Counted from the stretch's first letter, positions 8,655 to 18,447 are shown. The stretch: DNA of 64,000 bases from Bacteroidales bacterium (GCA_028282585.1 JANQHR010000052.1:68571-132570); one strand, 5' to 3'. The notes: a model not told the origin generated them from the letters alone. Numbers and translations are program-made.

Positions 8655-9344
8655 ATGAATATTGAACACCGAACACCGAATCTAGAAATAAAACAAATCT
8701 TTCGTATTTCGTCATTCATAATTCGATATTCGGTATTTCTAATTATTGTATTTCTATCAAGTTGTGCCAATCCCCATAAAAATCTGCCAAGTACTGAATT
8801 AAGAGTATCAGAAATTAAAAATATCCCTTATGCCCTTCCTTATACCGATAAAGCAATCATATACAAAACAGATATCAGCTTTTATAAAAATGATATTAGT
8901 GGATTATTGATCATTAAAAGAACAGACGAAAATGTATATCGTATTGCTTTAACCACCCAATTCGGCTTAAAGATATTTGATTTTGAATTGAACCATGGAG
9001 AACTCAAGGTAAAGTATTGTGTTGAATATTTAAATAAAAAAGTAATCCTAAACACATTTGAAACAGATTTCAACCTGCTTTTATTGCAAAACAAATTTGA
9101 TAGCATACAAAGAATACAAAACCAGAAACAAAATCAAACTATCTGGCAATTAAAATCGGGCAAATTAAACTACAACTATATAGAGGATGTAAATTCGCAA
9201 AATGTTGTACGCATTAGCTTTAAGAAGAGAAATTCTGAAAAAATTTCAGTAGGTTTGTATGCGTACCGAGGTGATATTCCAGGAGAAATAAAGTTGGAGC
9301 ATCACAACATAAAACTAAAAATGGATTTAAAATTGATTCAATAA
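8655..9344 (+). CDS. Putative lipoprotein of flexirubin-type clusters
   Basis: Lipobox FLSSC; SGLLIIK...FGLKIFDF; lies between lolA-like and dehydratase genes. The N-terminus is encoded by repeat arrays. Confidence 0.7.
   Translation: MNIEHRTPNLEIKQIFRISSFIIRYSVFLIIVFLSSCANPHKNLPSTELRVSEIKNIPYALPYTDKAIIYKTDISFYKNDISGLLIIKRTDENVYRIALTTQFGLKIFDFELNHGELKVKYCVEYLNKKVILNTFETDFNLLLLQNKFDSIQRIQNQKQNQTIWQLKSGKLNYNYIEDVNSQNVVRISFKKRNSEKISVGLYAYRGDIPGEIKLEHHNIKLKMDLKLIQ
8657..8739. repeat. Gene-less inverted heptamer array pair (empty cassette-2-type element)
   Basis: gaatatt gaacacc gaacacc gaatcta gaaataa, a 5-bp spacer, then atctttc gtatttc gtcattc ataattc gatattc ggtatttc. Confidence 0.8.
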
Positions 9345-9718
9345 TGCTTTTAAAAGATTTTTATACCCTTGCTGAATTAGATAAAAGTGATCAAGAAAAC
9401 TTCAAAGCCATCATCGATCTAAATAAGGATCATGAAGTATACAAGGGCCATTTTCCAGGCAATCCTGTTGTTCCGGGCGTTTGCTTAACGCAATTGATAA
9501 AGGAAATCATGGAGACTGCTGAAAACAAAGAATTGAACCTTGTTTATGCCGATAATATCAAATTTATGTCAGTTGTAAATCCTGAGGTAAACAGCAGGCT
9601 TCAGATCGACTTGAAAGTAAAATACGATGACGAACAAAACCTAATTAAGGTAAATAGTGTTACTCATTTTAACGATCAGGTTTTTTACAAATTTAAAGGT
9701 AACTTTAGGGCAAAGTAA
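9344..9718 (+). CDS. 3-hydroxyacyl-ACP dehydratase (FabZ/ApeI-like)
   Basis: HEVYKGHFPGNPVVPGVC motif. Confidence 0.9.
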   Translation: MLLKDFYTLAELDKSDQENFKAIIDLNKDHEVYKGHFPGNPVVPGVCLTQLIKEIMETAENKELNLVYADNIKFMSVVNPEVNSRLQIDLKVKYDDEQNLIKVNSVTHFNDQVFYKFKGNFRAK

Positions 9719-9730
9719 AATTTTTGGGGA

Positions 9731-10939
9731 ATGGATTTGGAAAAGTACCGCGAGATATTTAGGGAGAAAAAGTGCTGTGTAATTATACCCACTTATAATA
9801 ATGATCAAACCATTGAAAAAGTTGTTTCTGATGTGTTGAAATATACCAATCAGGTTATTGTTGTTAACGATGGATCAACAGACCAAACAGGCGATATTTT
9901 AAGCAAGATCAGTGAAGTTGATGTTGCAAGTTATCCTAAAAACAAAGGAAAAGGGTACGCTTTAAAAACCGGCTTTAAATATGCATGGAAAAGTGGTTAT
10001 GAATATGCAATCACCATTGATTCCGACGGGCAACATTTTGCTTCGGATTTGCCAAAATTTGTAGAAGCCATTAATGAAAATCCAAATTCCATTATAATTG
10101 GAAATAGAAATATGGAACAGGATGGTATTCCTGGGAAAAGTAGTTTTGGAAACCGCTTTTCCAATTTCTGGTTTAAGTTCGAAACTGGAATTTCAATGCC
10201 TGATACCCAATCAGGATACAGGCTTTATCCTTTAAAGCCATTGAGTAAAATGCGCTTGTTCACCAATAAATACGAATTAGAAATAGAAGTTATCGTAAGA
10301 GCAGCCTGGAGAGGTGTTGACGTAACTCATCTTCCAATTCAAATTTATTATGCCCCGAAAGAAACAAGAGTTTCTCATTTTAAACCTTTCATAGATTTTA
10401 CAAGAATAAGTATTTTGAATACGATTTTGGTTATTTATGCATTGCTAGTTGCTAAGCCCTTTGCTTTTGTTAAGAAATTAAATAAAAAGAATATCCAGGA
10501 ATTCTTTAGAGATCAAATATTACAAAATAAGGAACCAAATATCAAGATTACATTTGCCATTATGCTTGGTTTGTTTATGGGTGTTGCACCAGTGTGGGGA
10601 TACCAGATGCTGATTGCTTTTGCTTTAGCGCATATTCTAAAATTGAATAAAGTGATTGTATTAGTTGCTTCTAATATCAGCATCCCTCCTATGATTCCGA
10701 TTGTACTTTTTGCCAGTTTTAAAACAGGAGGATTTTTTGTTGAAGCCAATAAGCTTAACCTGCGCTTTGATTCAAGTATTAGTCTGGATTTAATTAAGGA
10801 CAACCTAACTCAATATGTTGTTGGTAGTCTAGTATTTGGAATTTTACTAGCTTTAACCTTTGGTATTGTTACTTATATTTTACTTCTTATCTTTCGGAAA
10901 AAACCGGTATTACAAAAAGAGTATGTTAAATTAGATTAA
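9731..10939 (+). CDS. GT2 glycosyltransferase with C-terminal DUF2062-like membrane domain
   Basis: IIPTYNN, VNDGSTD, NKGKG, IDSDGQH, DTQSGYRLYPL; hydrophobic C-terminus. Confidence 0.88.
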   Translation: MDLEKYREIFREKKCCVIIPTYNNDQTIEKVVSDVLKYTNQVIVVNDGSTDQTGDILSKISEVDVASYPKNKGKGYALKTGFKYAWKSGYEYAITIDSDGQHFASDLPKFVEAINENPNSIIIGNRNMEQDGIPGKSSFGNRFSNFWFKFETGISMPDTQSGYRLYPLKPLSKMRLFTNKYELEIEVIVRAAWRGVDVTHLPIQIYYAPKETRVSHFKPFIDFTRISILNTILVIYALLVAKPFAFVKKLNKKNIQEFFRDQILQNKEPNIKITFAIMLGLFMGVAPVWGYQMLIAFALAHILKLNKVIVLVASNISIPPMIPIVLFASFKTGGFFVEANKLNLRFDSSISLDLIKDNLTQYVVGSLVFGILLALTFGIVTYILLLIFRKKPVLQKEYVKLD

Positions 10940-10980
10940 GTACTTAAAGTGATCTAAAGTTTATAAGTGTCTAAAGTTAT
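10937..10980 (+). repeat. Left 8-10-mer array of cassette 3 (TAAAGT core)
   Basis: taagtact taaagtgatc taaagttta taagtgtc taaagttat; fills the whole gap from the upstream stop to the ATG. Confidence 0.75.
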
Positions 10981-11349
10981 ATGAATAATAAAGAGTTTAG
11001 CCAAAAATTAGAAACCAGAACCAAAGAATTTGCTAAAAGCATTATTAAACTCTCGGCAAGTCTCGAAAAATCATCAGAAAATAATGTAATTAAAAATCAA
11101 GTTACAAAATCAGGAACAAGTATTGGTGCAAATTATAGAGAAGCAAACCGGTCAAGAAGTCGAGCTGATTTTACGAATAAAATTAAAATTTGTGAAAGCG
11201 AAGCAAATGAAACCGTATACTGGTTAGAAATTATATCAGAAATGAATCTAGTAAAACTCGAAATAATCAGGCCAATTTTGATGGAAGCAAGAGAAATACT
11301 TGCTATTTTTACAACTATTAGCAAAAATGTTAAACTTAAGGCATTTTAG
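10981..11349 (+). CDS. Four helix bundle protein (TIGR02436 family)
   Basis: LETRTKEFA...NQVTKSGTSIGANYREANRSRSRADFTNKIKICESEANETVYWLE; 122 aa. Confidence 0.92.
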   Translation: MNNKEFSQKLETRTKEFAKSIIKLSASLEKSSENNVIKNQVTKSGTSIGANYREANRSRSRADFTNKIKICESEANETVYWLEIISEMNLVKLEIIRPILMEAREILAIFTTISKNVKLKAF

Positions 11350-11370
11350 GCACTTTTAATTTTAGGCAAT
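11331..11370 (-). repeat. Right array of cassette 3, inverted relative to 10937-10980
   Basis: Reverse complement is attgcc taaaatta aaagtgcc taaaatgcc ttaagttta. Confidence 0.72.
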
Positions 11371-11375
11371 TCAAC

Positions 11376-14300
11376 ATGTCAAGTATATTTTATTCCATTT
11401 ATAATCTATTCCGAAAATTTAGAGTTTCATTCATCTTTCTAATCCTATTTATATTTGGCGTTTCAGCCTATTTGGTTACCAAAATCAATTTCGAGGAAGA
11501 TATTACCCGGATGCTTCCTTCTGATAAAAATATCCAAAGAATTAGCGAAGTCTCACAGAATATCAATTTTATGGATAGGATCATAATTAACCTTTCCTTA
11601 TCAGATACTTCAATATCAGATCCAAACAAACTAATTGAATGTGCCGATATCCTTAATGAAGAACTCAAAAAACACCAACCGGAACTAATAAAAAATATGG
11701 ATTACCAGGTTTCCGAACAGGTAATGAACGAGGTTTATGATGTTTTTTTTAATAACCTGCCTATCTTTTTAGAAGAAAGAGATTATCAAAAGATCGATAG
11801 TTTACTGGATAAATCCTCCATCGAAAATTCAATTAAGAATAACTTTAAAACACTGATATCTCCGGCAAGTATGGTTCTGAAACAATATGTAATGAAGGAT
11901 CCACTTCATTTAACACCCATTGTTTTAAAACGATTAAATAGTTTCCAGGTTGGAGATAACTATGAAATATACAATAGCCGGATTTTCACTAAAGATAAAA
12001 AGAACCTTAGCTTATTTTTAACTTCCGCATATCCATCTGGAGAAACCAAAAAAAATGGTAAGTTAATTTCGATTATAGATCAAAACATCGATAGCCTGGC
12101 ACTACAATTTAACCAGGAAATTAGTATACAGTATTATGGTGCAGCTGCAGTGGCCGTTGGAAATGCCAATCGTATAAAAAGCGATATTCAGCTTACTGTT
12201 ACTATAGCTCTCATAATTTTATTAATTTTTATGAGCCTGTTTTTCAGAAAGAAAAGCATATTCCTGATTTTATTCCTTCCTGCTGTTTTTGGTGGTAGTT
12301 TATCATTAGCTATTCTCTTCCTGATTAAAGGCAAAATATCGGCTATTTCACTTGGAATAGGATCTGTTTTACTAGGTATTACTGTAGATTATTCCTTACA
12401 CCTTTTTACGCACTACCGAAGTATTGGCGATGTAAAAAAAGTATTGAAAGATATCTCCACCCCCGTTTTAATGAGTACGCTAACAACAGCCTCAGCTTTT
12501 TTATGTTTACTTTTCGTTAGTTCCAAAGCACTGCAGGATCTGGGTTTATTTGCAGCCATTAGCGTAGTGGTAGCTGCATTATTTTCTTTGATTGTTCTAC
12601 CTCACTTCTTGCGAAGAAAAGATTATGAAAAAGTACACCAAAGGGAACAAAAATCTTTAATTGAGAAAATTACTTCTTACCCTTACGAGAAAAACAAGTA
12701 CTTAATTCTTGTAATAGTTGCATTTACCATTGTTTCTTTTTTCTTTTCAAGAAAAACATCATTCGATGGAGATATGGATAAAATGAGTTACCTATCGCCT
12801 GAATTGAAAGAAGCCGAAGACAATCTTAATAAAATAGCCAATGTAACCTTAAAATCGGTTTACCTGATAAGTACCGGTGAAAATTTACAAGACGCTTTAG
12901 CCAATAACGAAAGAGCAATTCCAAAGCTGGAAAATTTAAAGAATAAGGGAATTGTTAACCAGTACACCAATATAAGTGCTGTTTTAATTTCAGATTCATT
13001 GCAAAAAGAAAGAATAAAAAGGTGGAACATATTTTGGACCAAAGAAAAAACTGAAAAATTAAAGCAGAATCTCCAAAAGTCAGGCGAAAAATTCAAGTTC
13101 CGGCCCAATGCTTTTTCTTCTTTTTATCAATTATTAGATAAGGAATTCAATGCTGTTCAGCAAGAAGATTTAAAAGGATTACGGGAATTATTTGTTGATG
13201 ATTTTATCACTGAAAAGGAAAATATAACCACGGTTATAAGCATTCTAAAAGCAGATGAGTTGGATAAACCAACTATCTACGAAACTTTTTCTGAAAATAA
13301 TGACCTGGTAGTTTTCGATAAAAAGTACATGGCCGATAACCTGGTTCGCATATTGAAGGGTGATTTCAACTTACTTGTTAAGGTATCATTAGGAATCGTA
13401 TTTTTAATCCTGCTATTATCATTTGGCAGAATAGAATTAGCATTGTTAACTTTTATTCCAATGTCAGTTTCTTGGATATGGACTCTTGGTATAATGGGAA
13501 TTCTAGGCATTAAATTCACCATCTTCAACATTATTATTTCTACATTCATTTTCGGGTTAGGAATTGATTATTCCATTTTCATTATGCGGGGATTATTACA
13601 AGAATACAAATATGGAATTAAAAACTTGGATTCATACAAAACATCTATCTTCCTTTCCGGAGTTACCACCATTACAGGAATTGGTGTTTTAATTTTTGCA
13701 CAGCACCCTGCTTTAAAATCCATGGCTGTTTTATCCATTATTGGTATACTTTCTGTGATTATTATATCCTATACGTTGGAACCTGCACTGTTTAACTTAT
13801 TTCTCTTAAATCGAAAGAAAAAAGGTAAAATAGCCTATACTTTTCAAGAGTTTTTAAGCTCTCTTTTAGCATGGTCTATATTTATCATTGGTTCGATATA
13901 TACAACGTTTGTAGGCTTTATTTTATTCAGGGTATTACAAATTAAAAATAAGAAAGTACAGCTGTTTTTTAATTACTCCATGGTTTTTTCATCTTCTGCG
14001 CTCTTTTATGGAATGCTTAATATTCAAAAGAGAATTCTTAATCCAAATAAAGAAGATTTTAAAAAGCCATGTGTGATTATATGTAACCATCAATCGTATA
14101 TCGACCTTATTTACAATATGTCTATTAATCCAAAAATTATTATTCTAACAAACGATTGGGTTCAAAAAAATAAGATATATGGCAGGTTGGTTCAGATGGC
14201 TGATTTTTATCCTGTTTCGGAAGGTTACGAGGCTATTCTTCCTAAATTAAGGGCTAAAGTTGAAAGCGGTTTTTCCATATTGGTTTACCCTGAAGGTACC

Positions 14301-15245
14301 AGGTCTGTAAATTTTAAAATGAAAAGGTTCCATAAAGGAGCTTTCTATATCGCTGAAAAATTAAACCTTGATATTCTTCCAATTGTACTGCATGGAACCG
14401 GTTTTTGCATGACTAAAGGAGATGATTTATTACTAAAAAATGGAACCGTAACAGCTAAATACCTTGATAGGATAAGCCCTGATAATAAAGAATATGGCGA
14501 AAACTATTCGAAACGTGCAAAAGGCATTGGCAAGTACTTTAGGGAAGAATATAATAAGCTACGCTTTGAACTCGAGGATACTAAATACTATAAAAACCAA
14601 CTAATAAAAAATTACATTTTTAAAGGCCCCGTATTAGAATGGTACTTGCGTATTAAATTAAGAATGGAAAAGAACTACGAATTATTTAATTCTTTAATTC
14701 CACGTGCCGCTAAAATATACGATATTGGTTGCGGTTATGGTTACCTTTCTTATATGTTGCATTTTGTATCGGAAGAACGAAAGATAACAGGTGTAGATTA
14801 TGATAATGAAAAGATTCAAGTGGCAAAAAATTGTAATTCTAAAAACGAATACATTCATTTTGATTGTGCGGATATAACACAATATAATTTTGAACCTGCA
14901 GATGTTTTTATTTTAAGTGATGTATTGCATTACTTTCCTAAAGAAGGGCAGGAAATAGTTGTTGCCAACTGCATTCAAAACCTGAATGATGGCGGAATGG
15001 TAATTATACGCGATGCAAATACAAATTTAAAGGGGCGGCATAAAGGAACTAAATTTTCGGAGTTTCTTTCAACAAAAATTATTGGGTTTAATAAAACAAA
15101 AGATGAGTCAAAACAGTTATACTTTCTTTCATCAGATGATATTTTAGGTATGTTCAGCAAGCATAATATGGAAGTAGAAATTGTCGACCAAACTAAATTA
15201 ACGTCGAATGTAGTTTATATAATTAGAAAGAACCAAACTAATTAA
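11376..15245 (+). CDS. Trifunctional MMPL exporter / PlsC acyltransferase / class I SAM methyltransferase
   Basis: Two transmembrane bundles with GITVDYSLH and GLGIDYSIF; NHQSYID and PEGTRS acyltransferase motifs; DIGCGYG SAM motif. Confidence 0.9.
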   Translation: MSSIFYSIYNLFRKFRVSFIFLILFIFGVSAYLVTKINFEEDITRMLPSDKNIQRISEVSQNINFMDRIIINLSLSDTSISDPNKLIECADILNEELKKHQPELIKNMDYQVSEQVMNEVYDVFFNNLPIFLEERDYQKIDSLLDKSSIENSIKNNFKTLISPASMVLKQYVMKDPLHLTPIVLKRLNSFQVGDNYEIYNSRIFTKDKKNLSLFLTSAYPSGETKKNGKLISIIDQNIDSLALQFNQEISIQYYGAAAVAVGNANRIKSDIQLTVTIALIILLIFMSLFFRKKSIFLILFLPAVFGGSLSLAILFLIKGKISAISLGIGSVLLGITVDYSLHLFTHYRSIGDVKKVLKDISTPVLMSTLTTASAFLCLLFVSSKALQDLGLFAAISVVVAALFSLIVLPHFLRRKDYEKVHQREQKSLIEKITSYPYEKNKYLILVIVAFTIVSFFFSRKTSFDGDMDKMSYLSPELKEAEDNLNKIANVTLKSVYLISTGENLQDALANNERAIPKLENLKNKGIVNQYTNISAVLISDSLQKERIKRWNIFWTKEKTEKLKQNLQKSGEKFKFRPNAFSSFYQLLDKEFNAVQQEDLKGLRELFVDDFITEKENITTVISILKADELDKPTIYETFSENNDLVVFDKKYMADNLVRILKGDFNLLVKVSLGIVFLILLLSFGRIELALLTFIPMSVSWIWTLGIMGILGIKFTIFNIIISTFIFGLGIDYSIFIMRGLLQEYKYGIKNLDSYKTSIFLSGVTTITGIGVLIFAQHPALKSMAVLSIIGILSVIIISYTLEPALFNLFLLNRKKKGKIAYTFQEFLSSLLAWSIFIIGSIYTTFVGFILFRVLQIKNKKVQLFFNYSMVFSSSALFYGMLNIQKRILNPNKEDFKKPCVIICNHQSYIDLIYNMSINPKIIILTNDWVQKNKIYGRLVQMADFYPVSEGYEAILPKLRAKVESGFSILVYPEGTRSVNFKMKRFHKGAFYIAEKLNLDILPIVLHGTGFCMTKGDDLLLKNGTVTAKYLDRISPDNKEYGENYSKRAKGIGKYFREEYNKLRFELEDTKYYKNQLIKNYIFKGPVLEWYLRIKLRMEKNYELFNSLIPRAAKIYDIGCGYGYLSYMLHFVSEERKITGVDYDNEKIQVAKNCNSKNEYIHFDCADITQYNFEPADVFILSDVLHYFPKEGQEIVVANCIQNLNDGGMVIIRDANTNLKGRHKGTKFSEFLSTKIIGFNKTKDESKQLYFLSSDDILGMFSKHNMEVEIVDQTKLTSNVVYIIRKNQTN

Positions 15246-15246
15246 T

Positions 15247-16737
15247 ATGCCAAAATACGATGTTGTTATTATAGGAAGCGGTTTAGGAGGGCTTTTTTGC
15301 GGCAATATACTTAGCAAGGAAGGGTTGAATGTTTGTGTATTGGAGAAACAGAAACATTTGGGTGGAAATTTGCAAACTTTTAAGCGTGATGGAAAGATAT
15401 TCGATACTGGAGTACATTACGTTGGGGGATTGGGGAAAGGGCAAAATTTACATCAATATTTCAAGTATGCAGGCATTGTTGATGATTTAAACCTGAAAAG
15501 GCTTGATATGGATGCCTTTGATAAAATCAACTTTCAGGGGAAAACATATTCATATGCGCAGGGGTACAGCAATTTTATTGAAACATTAGCACAAGATTTT
15601 CCGAAAGAAGAAGAAGCATTAAAAAACTATGAAGCCCAGGTTAAAAGAATATGCAATGAATTTCCTTTGTACAATGTCCGCCCAAATCTTGGCCAGGATA
15701 ATGAACATGTTTATTATGAAAGAAATGTTGGGGATTTCTTAAAAGCTATTACACCAAACGAAAAATTGCAAAATGTATTAGCAGGAAATAATTTATTGTA
15801 CGCAGGTATACCTAATAAAACTCCTGTTGCTATTCATGCTTTAATTACCAATTCATTAATTGAAGGTGCTTACCGTTTTAAAGATGGCAGCCAACAAGTA
15901 GCTAATTTGCTTGTTGAATCCATACAAAGAAATGGTGGTACATTGCTCACGGACAGTGAAGTTGTAAAATTAAATTTTGAAAACAAAAAGATTGAATCTG
16001 CAGAATTAAAAAATGGAGAATTAATTGAAGCCAACAGCTTTATTTCCGCCATACACCCTACTCTTACTCTTGCTATGACGGATAGTAAATTACTTAGAAG
16101 GCCATACAGAACGAGAATAAACGAAATAGAAGAAACAATATCCGTATTTGCTATTTATATTTCATTTAAACCGGAAAGTTTTCCATACTTAAATTATAAT
16201 TATTACCACTTTAATGAAGATTCAGTTTGGAGTATCCCGAATTATAACCCCAAAAAATGGCCTCAAGAATACCTTTTCTTAACATTGCCATCCAGCAAAT
16301 CAAAGAAATATGCGCAAACAGCAACTGCGATGACATATATGAAATACGATGAAGTAGGGCATTGGAGAAACTCAAGTATTGGCAACAGAGGGGATGATTA
16401 TGAAAGTTTTAAAAAGTATAAAGCTGAATTATTGATTGATCAGATAGGCAAACAGTATCCAGGCTTTAAATCGAGTATTTCAAATTATTACACTTCTACC
16501 CCTCTTTCAATGGAAGCGTATACAGGCACCCGAAACGGTTCAATATATGGTATATTGCATGACAGTAATGAACCGTTAAAATCACGAATTGCCCCGAAAA
16601 CTAAAATTCCCAATTTATTTTTAAGTGGGCAGAATATTAATATTCATGGAGTATTAGGAGTAACCGTCAGTGCAGTGCTAACCTGCACAGAATTAGTAGG
16701 AATGAAATATTTATTAGATAAGATTCAAAATGCATAG
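15247..16737 (+). CDS. FAD-dependent oxidoreductase (phytoene desaturase / retinol saturase-like)
   Basis: IIGSGLGG, FDTGVHY, GSIYG, LSGQNINIHGVLG. Confidence 0.87.
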   Translation: MPKYDVVIIGSGLGGLFCGNILSKEGLNVCVLEKQKHLGGNLQTFKRDGKIFDTGVHYVGGLGKGQNLHQYFKYAGIVDDLNLKRLDMDAFDKINFQGKTYSYAQGYSNFIETLAQDFPKEEEALKNYEAQVKRICNEFPLYNVRPNLGQDNEHVYYERNVGDFLKAITPNEKLQNVLAGNNLLYAGIPNKTPVAIHALITNSLIEGAYRFKDGSQQVANLLVESIQRNGGTLLTDSEVVKLNFENKKIESAELKNGELIEANSFISAIHPTLTLAMTDSKLLRRPYRTRINEIEETISVFAIYISFKPESFPYLNYNYYHFNEDSVWSIPNYNPKKWPQEYLFLTLPSSKSKKYAQTATAMTYMKYDEVGHWRNSSIGNRGDDYESFKKYKAELLIDQIGKQYPGFKSSISNYYTSTPLSMEAYTGTRNGSIYGILHDSNEPLKSRIAPKTKIPNLFLSGQNINIHGVLGVTVSAVLTCTELVGMKYLLDKIQNA

Positions 16738-18418
16738 GTTCAAGGAAATACTTAAAAAGTTCGGAAAGGTGGCCGTGTGGTTAACCGCTATAATTACGAT
16801 ACTTATTATTTTATTCAAAATCACAACAAGAATAAACCCGCCCGAGGTAAGTAATACTAAAATAGAGAATTTGCAAGTAAGAACTATGGATTCTAATTTC
16901 AGGGAAATGAAGGGAAACTGGCTGCAAAAAAATAATCTGGGCCTTTGGGAAATGTATATAAAGGGCGAAGCTTATCAACGAGGAATTATTAATGGTAAAC
17001 TGTCTGAAGATTTGATTTATAAACAGGAAAAAGCTTTTGTAAATCAAATTAAGGAAATGATTCCATCTGAATCATACCTGAAATTCTTAAAAAGTTTTAT
17101 CGCCTTTTTCAACAGAAACATTGATAAACATATTATTGAAGAATATCAAAAAGAAATTTATGGAATCTCTCAATCTGCCTCAGAAAAATTTGATTTTATC
17201 GGGCCTAATTACCACCGAATTTTAAATTACCATGCTGCTCACGACATTGGGCATGCTTTGCAAAATATGAACCTGGTAGCTTGCACAGCTTTTTCTGGGT
17301 GGGGTTCGAAGTCTGCAGATAGTTCATTAATTATAGGGCGCAACTTTGATTTTTACGTGGGTGATGAATTTGCCGAAGATAAAATCATTATGTTCTGCGA
17401 GCCCCGGAAAGGGTACCCATTTATGATTGTTACCTGGGGAGGAATGATAGGCGCAACATCCGGAATGAACAATCAAGGATTAACCGTAACATTAAATGCC
17501 GCTAAATCAGATATTCCTTTTAGCGCCGCAACGCCGGTATCATTAGTAGCGCGTGAAATTCTTCAGTATGCATCAACCATTGAGCAAGCATACGAAATTG
17601 CTAAAAAAAGAAAAATGTTTGTTGCCGAGTCCATTATGGTAGGTTCTGCGAAAGATGGAAAAACTGCCACCATAGAAAAATCACCGGATCACCTTGCTTT
17701 GTATAAAACAGAAAAGGATTACATGATTTGCAGTAATCATTTCCAAAGTGTTGAAATGCAAAAGGAAGAATTTGCACATGCAAATTTATATGATTATGCC
17801 ACAACATATCGCCTGGAAAGAGTAGAAGAATTGCTGGCCAAAAATCCAAAATTAGATGTAAACAACGTTGCTGAAATATTACGCAACCAAAAAGGGCTTA
17901 ATGGCAAAAATATTGGAATGGGAAATGAAAAATCTGTAAATCAGCTCATTGCTCACCATTCAATTATTTTTAAGCCCGAAGAGCTGAAAGTTTGGGTTTC
18001 CTCCTCTCCTTTCCAGTTGGGCGAATACGCCTGTTATGATTTAAATAAGGTTTTCGGAAAAGTTGAACATATCACAAAACCTACAATAATTTATGAAGAA
18101 GGCCAGAGTATTCCTGCCGATGCATTTTTACATTCAAAAGATTATAAGAACTTCATCCGTTTTAAAGAAATCAGAACACAAATTCAAGCAGCAATAAAAT
18201 CAGGCGTTAAAATTGTTGAAGATGATTACCTTTTCAATGAAATCATTGGATTGAACCCGGAGTTCTTTGAAACCTATGTGTATATTGGAAATTATTTTAA
18301 ACATTTTAATAAACCGGAGAAGTCAATATTAGCTTATCAAAAAGCATTAACAAAAGAAATTCCTAATATTTACCAGAGAGAAAATATAGTAGAGAAAATA
18401 AACCAATTAAAAAAATAG
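16730..18418 (+). CDS. C45 family autoproteolytic acyltransferase/hydrolase (Ntn)
   Basis: HDIGHALQ...ACTAF (nucleophile Cys), GRNFDF, SGMN; TPR-like C-terminus. Confidence 0.85.
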   Translation: MHRFKEILKKFGKVAVWLTAIITILIILFKITTRINPPEVSNTKIENLQVRTMDSNFREMKGNWLQKNNLGLWEMYIKGEAYQRGIINGKLSEDLIYKQEKAFVNQIKEMIPSESYLKFLKSFIAFFNRNIDKHIIEEYQKEIYGISQSASEKFDFIGPNYHRILNYHAAHDIGHALQNMNLVACTAFSGWGSKSADSSLIIGRNFDFYVGDEFAEDKIIMFCEPRKGYPFMIVTWGGMIGATSGMNNQGLTVTLNAAKSDIPFSAATPVSLVAREILQYASTIEQAYEIAKKRKMFVAESIMVGSAKDGKTATIEKSPDHLALYKTEKDYMICSNHFQSVEMQKEEFAHANLYDYATTYRLERVEELLAKNPKLDVNNVAEILRNQKGLNGKNIGMGNEKSVNQLIAHHSIIFKPEELKVWVSSSPFQLGEYACYDLNKVFGKVEHITKPTIIYEEGQSIPADAFLHSKDYKNFIRFKEIRTQIQAAIKSGVKIVEDDYLFNEIIGLNPEFFETYVYIGNYFKHFNKPEKSILAYQKALTKEIPNIYQRENIVEKINQLKK

Positions 18419-18447
18419 CATAAGCCCATCACTTTAAAAACGTTTAC

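Noticed and set aside
1844-8739. Heptamer arrays as CRISPR repeats
   Set aside because: Units are 7 bp with no spacers, and there are no cas genes.
899-11349. Diversity-generating retroelement suggested by Avd-like genes
   Set aside because: No reverse transcriptase and no template/variable repeat pair seen in the window.
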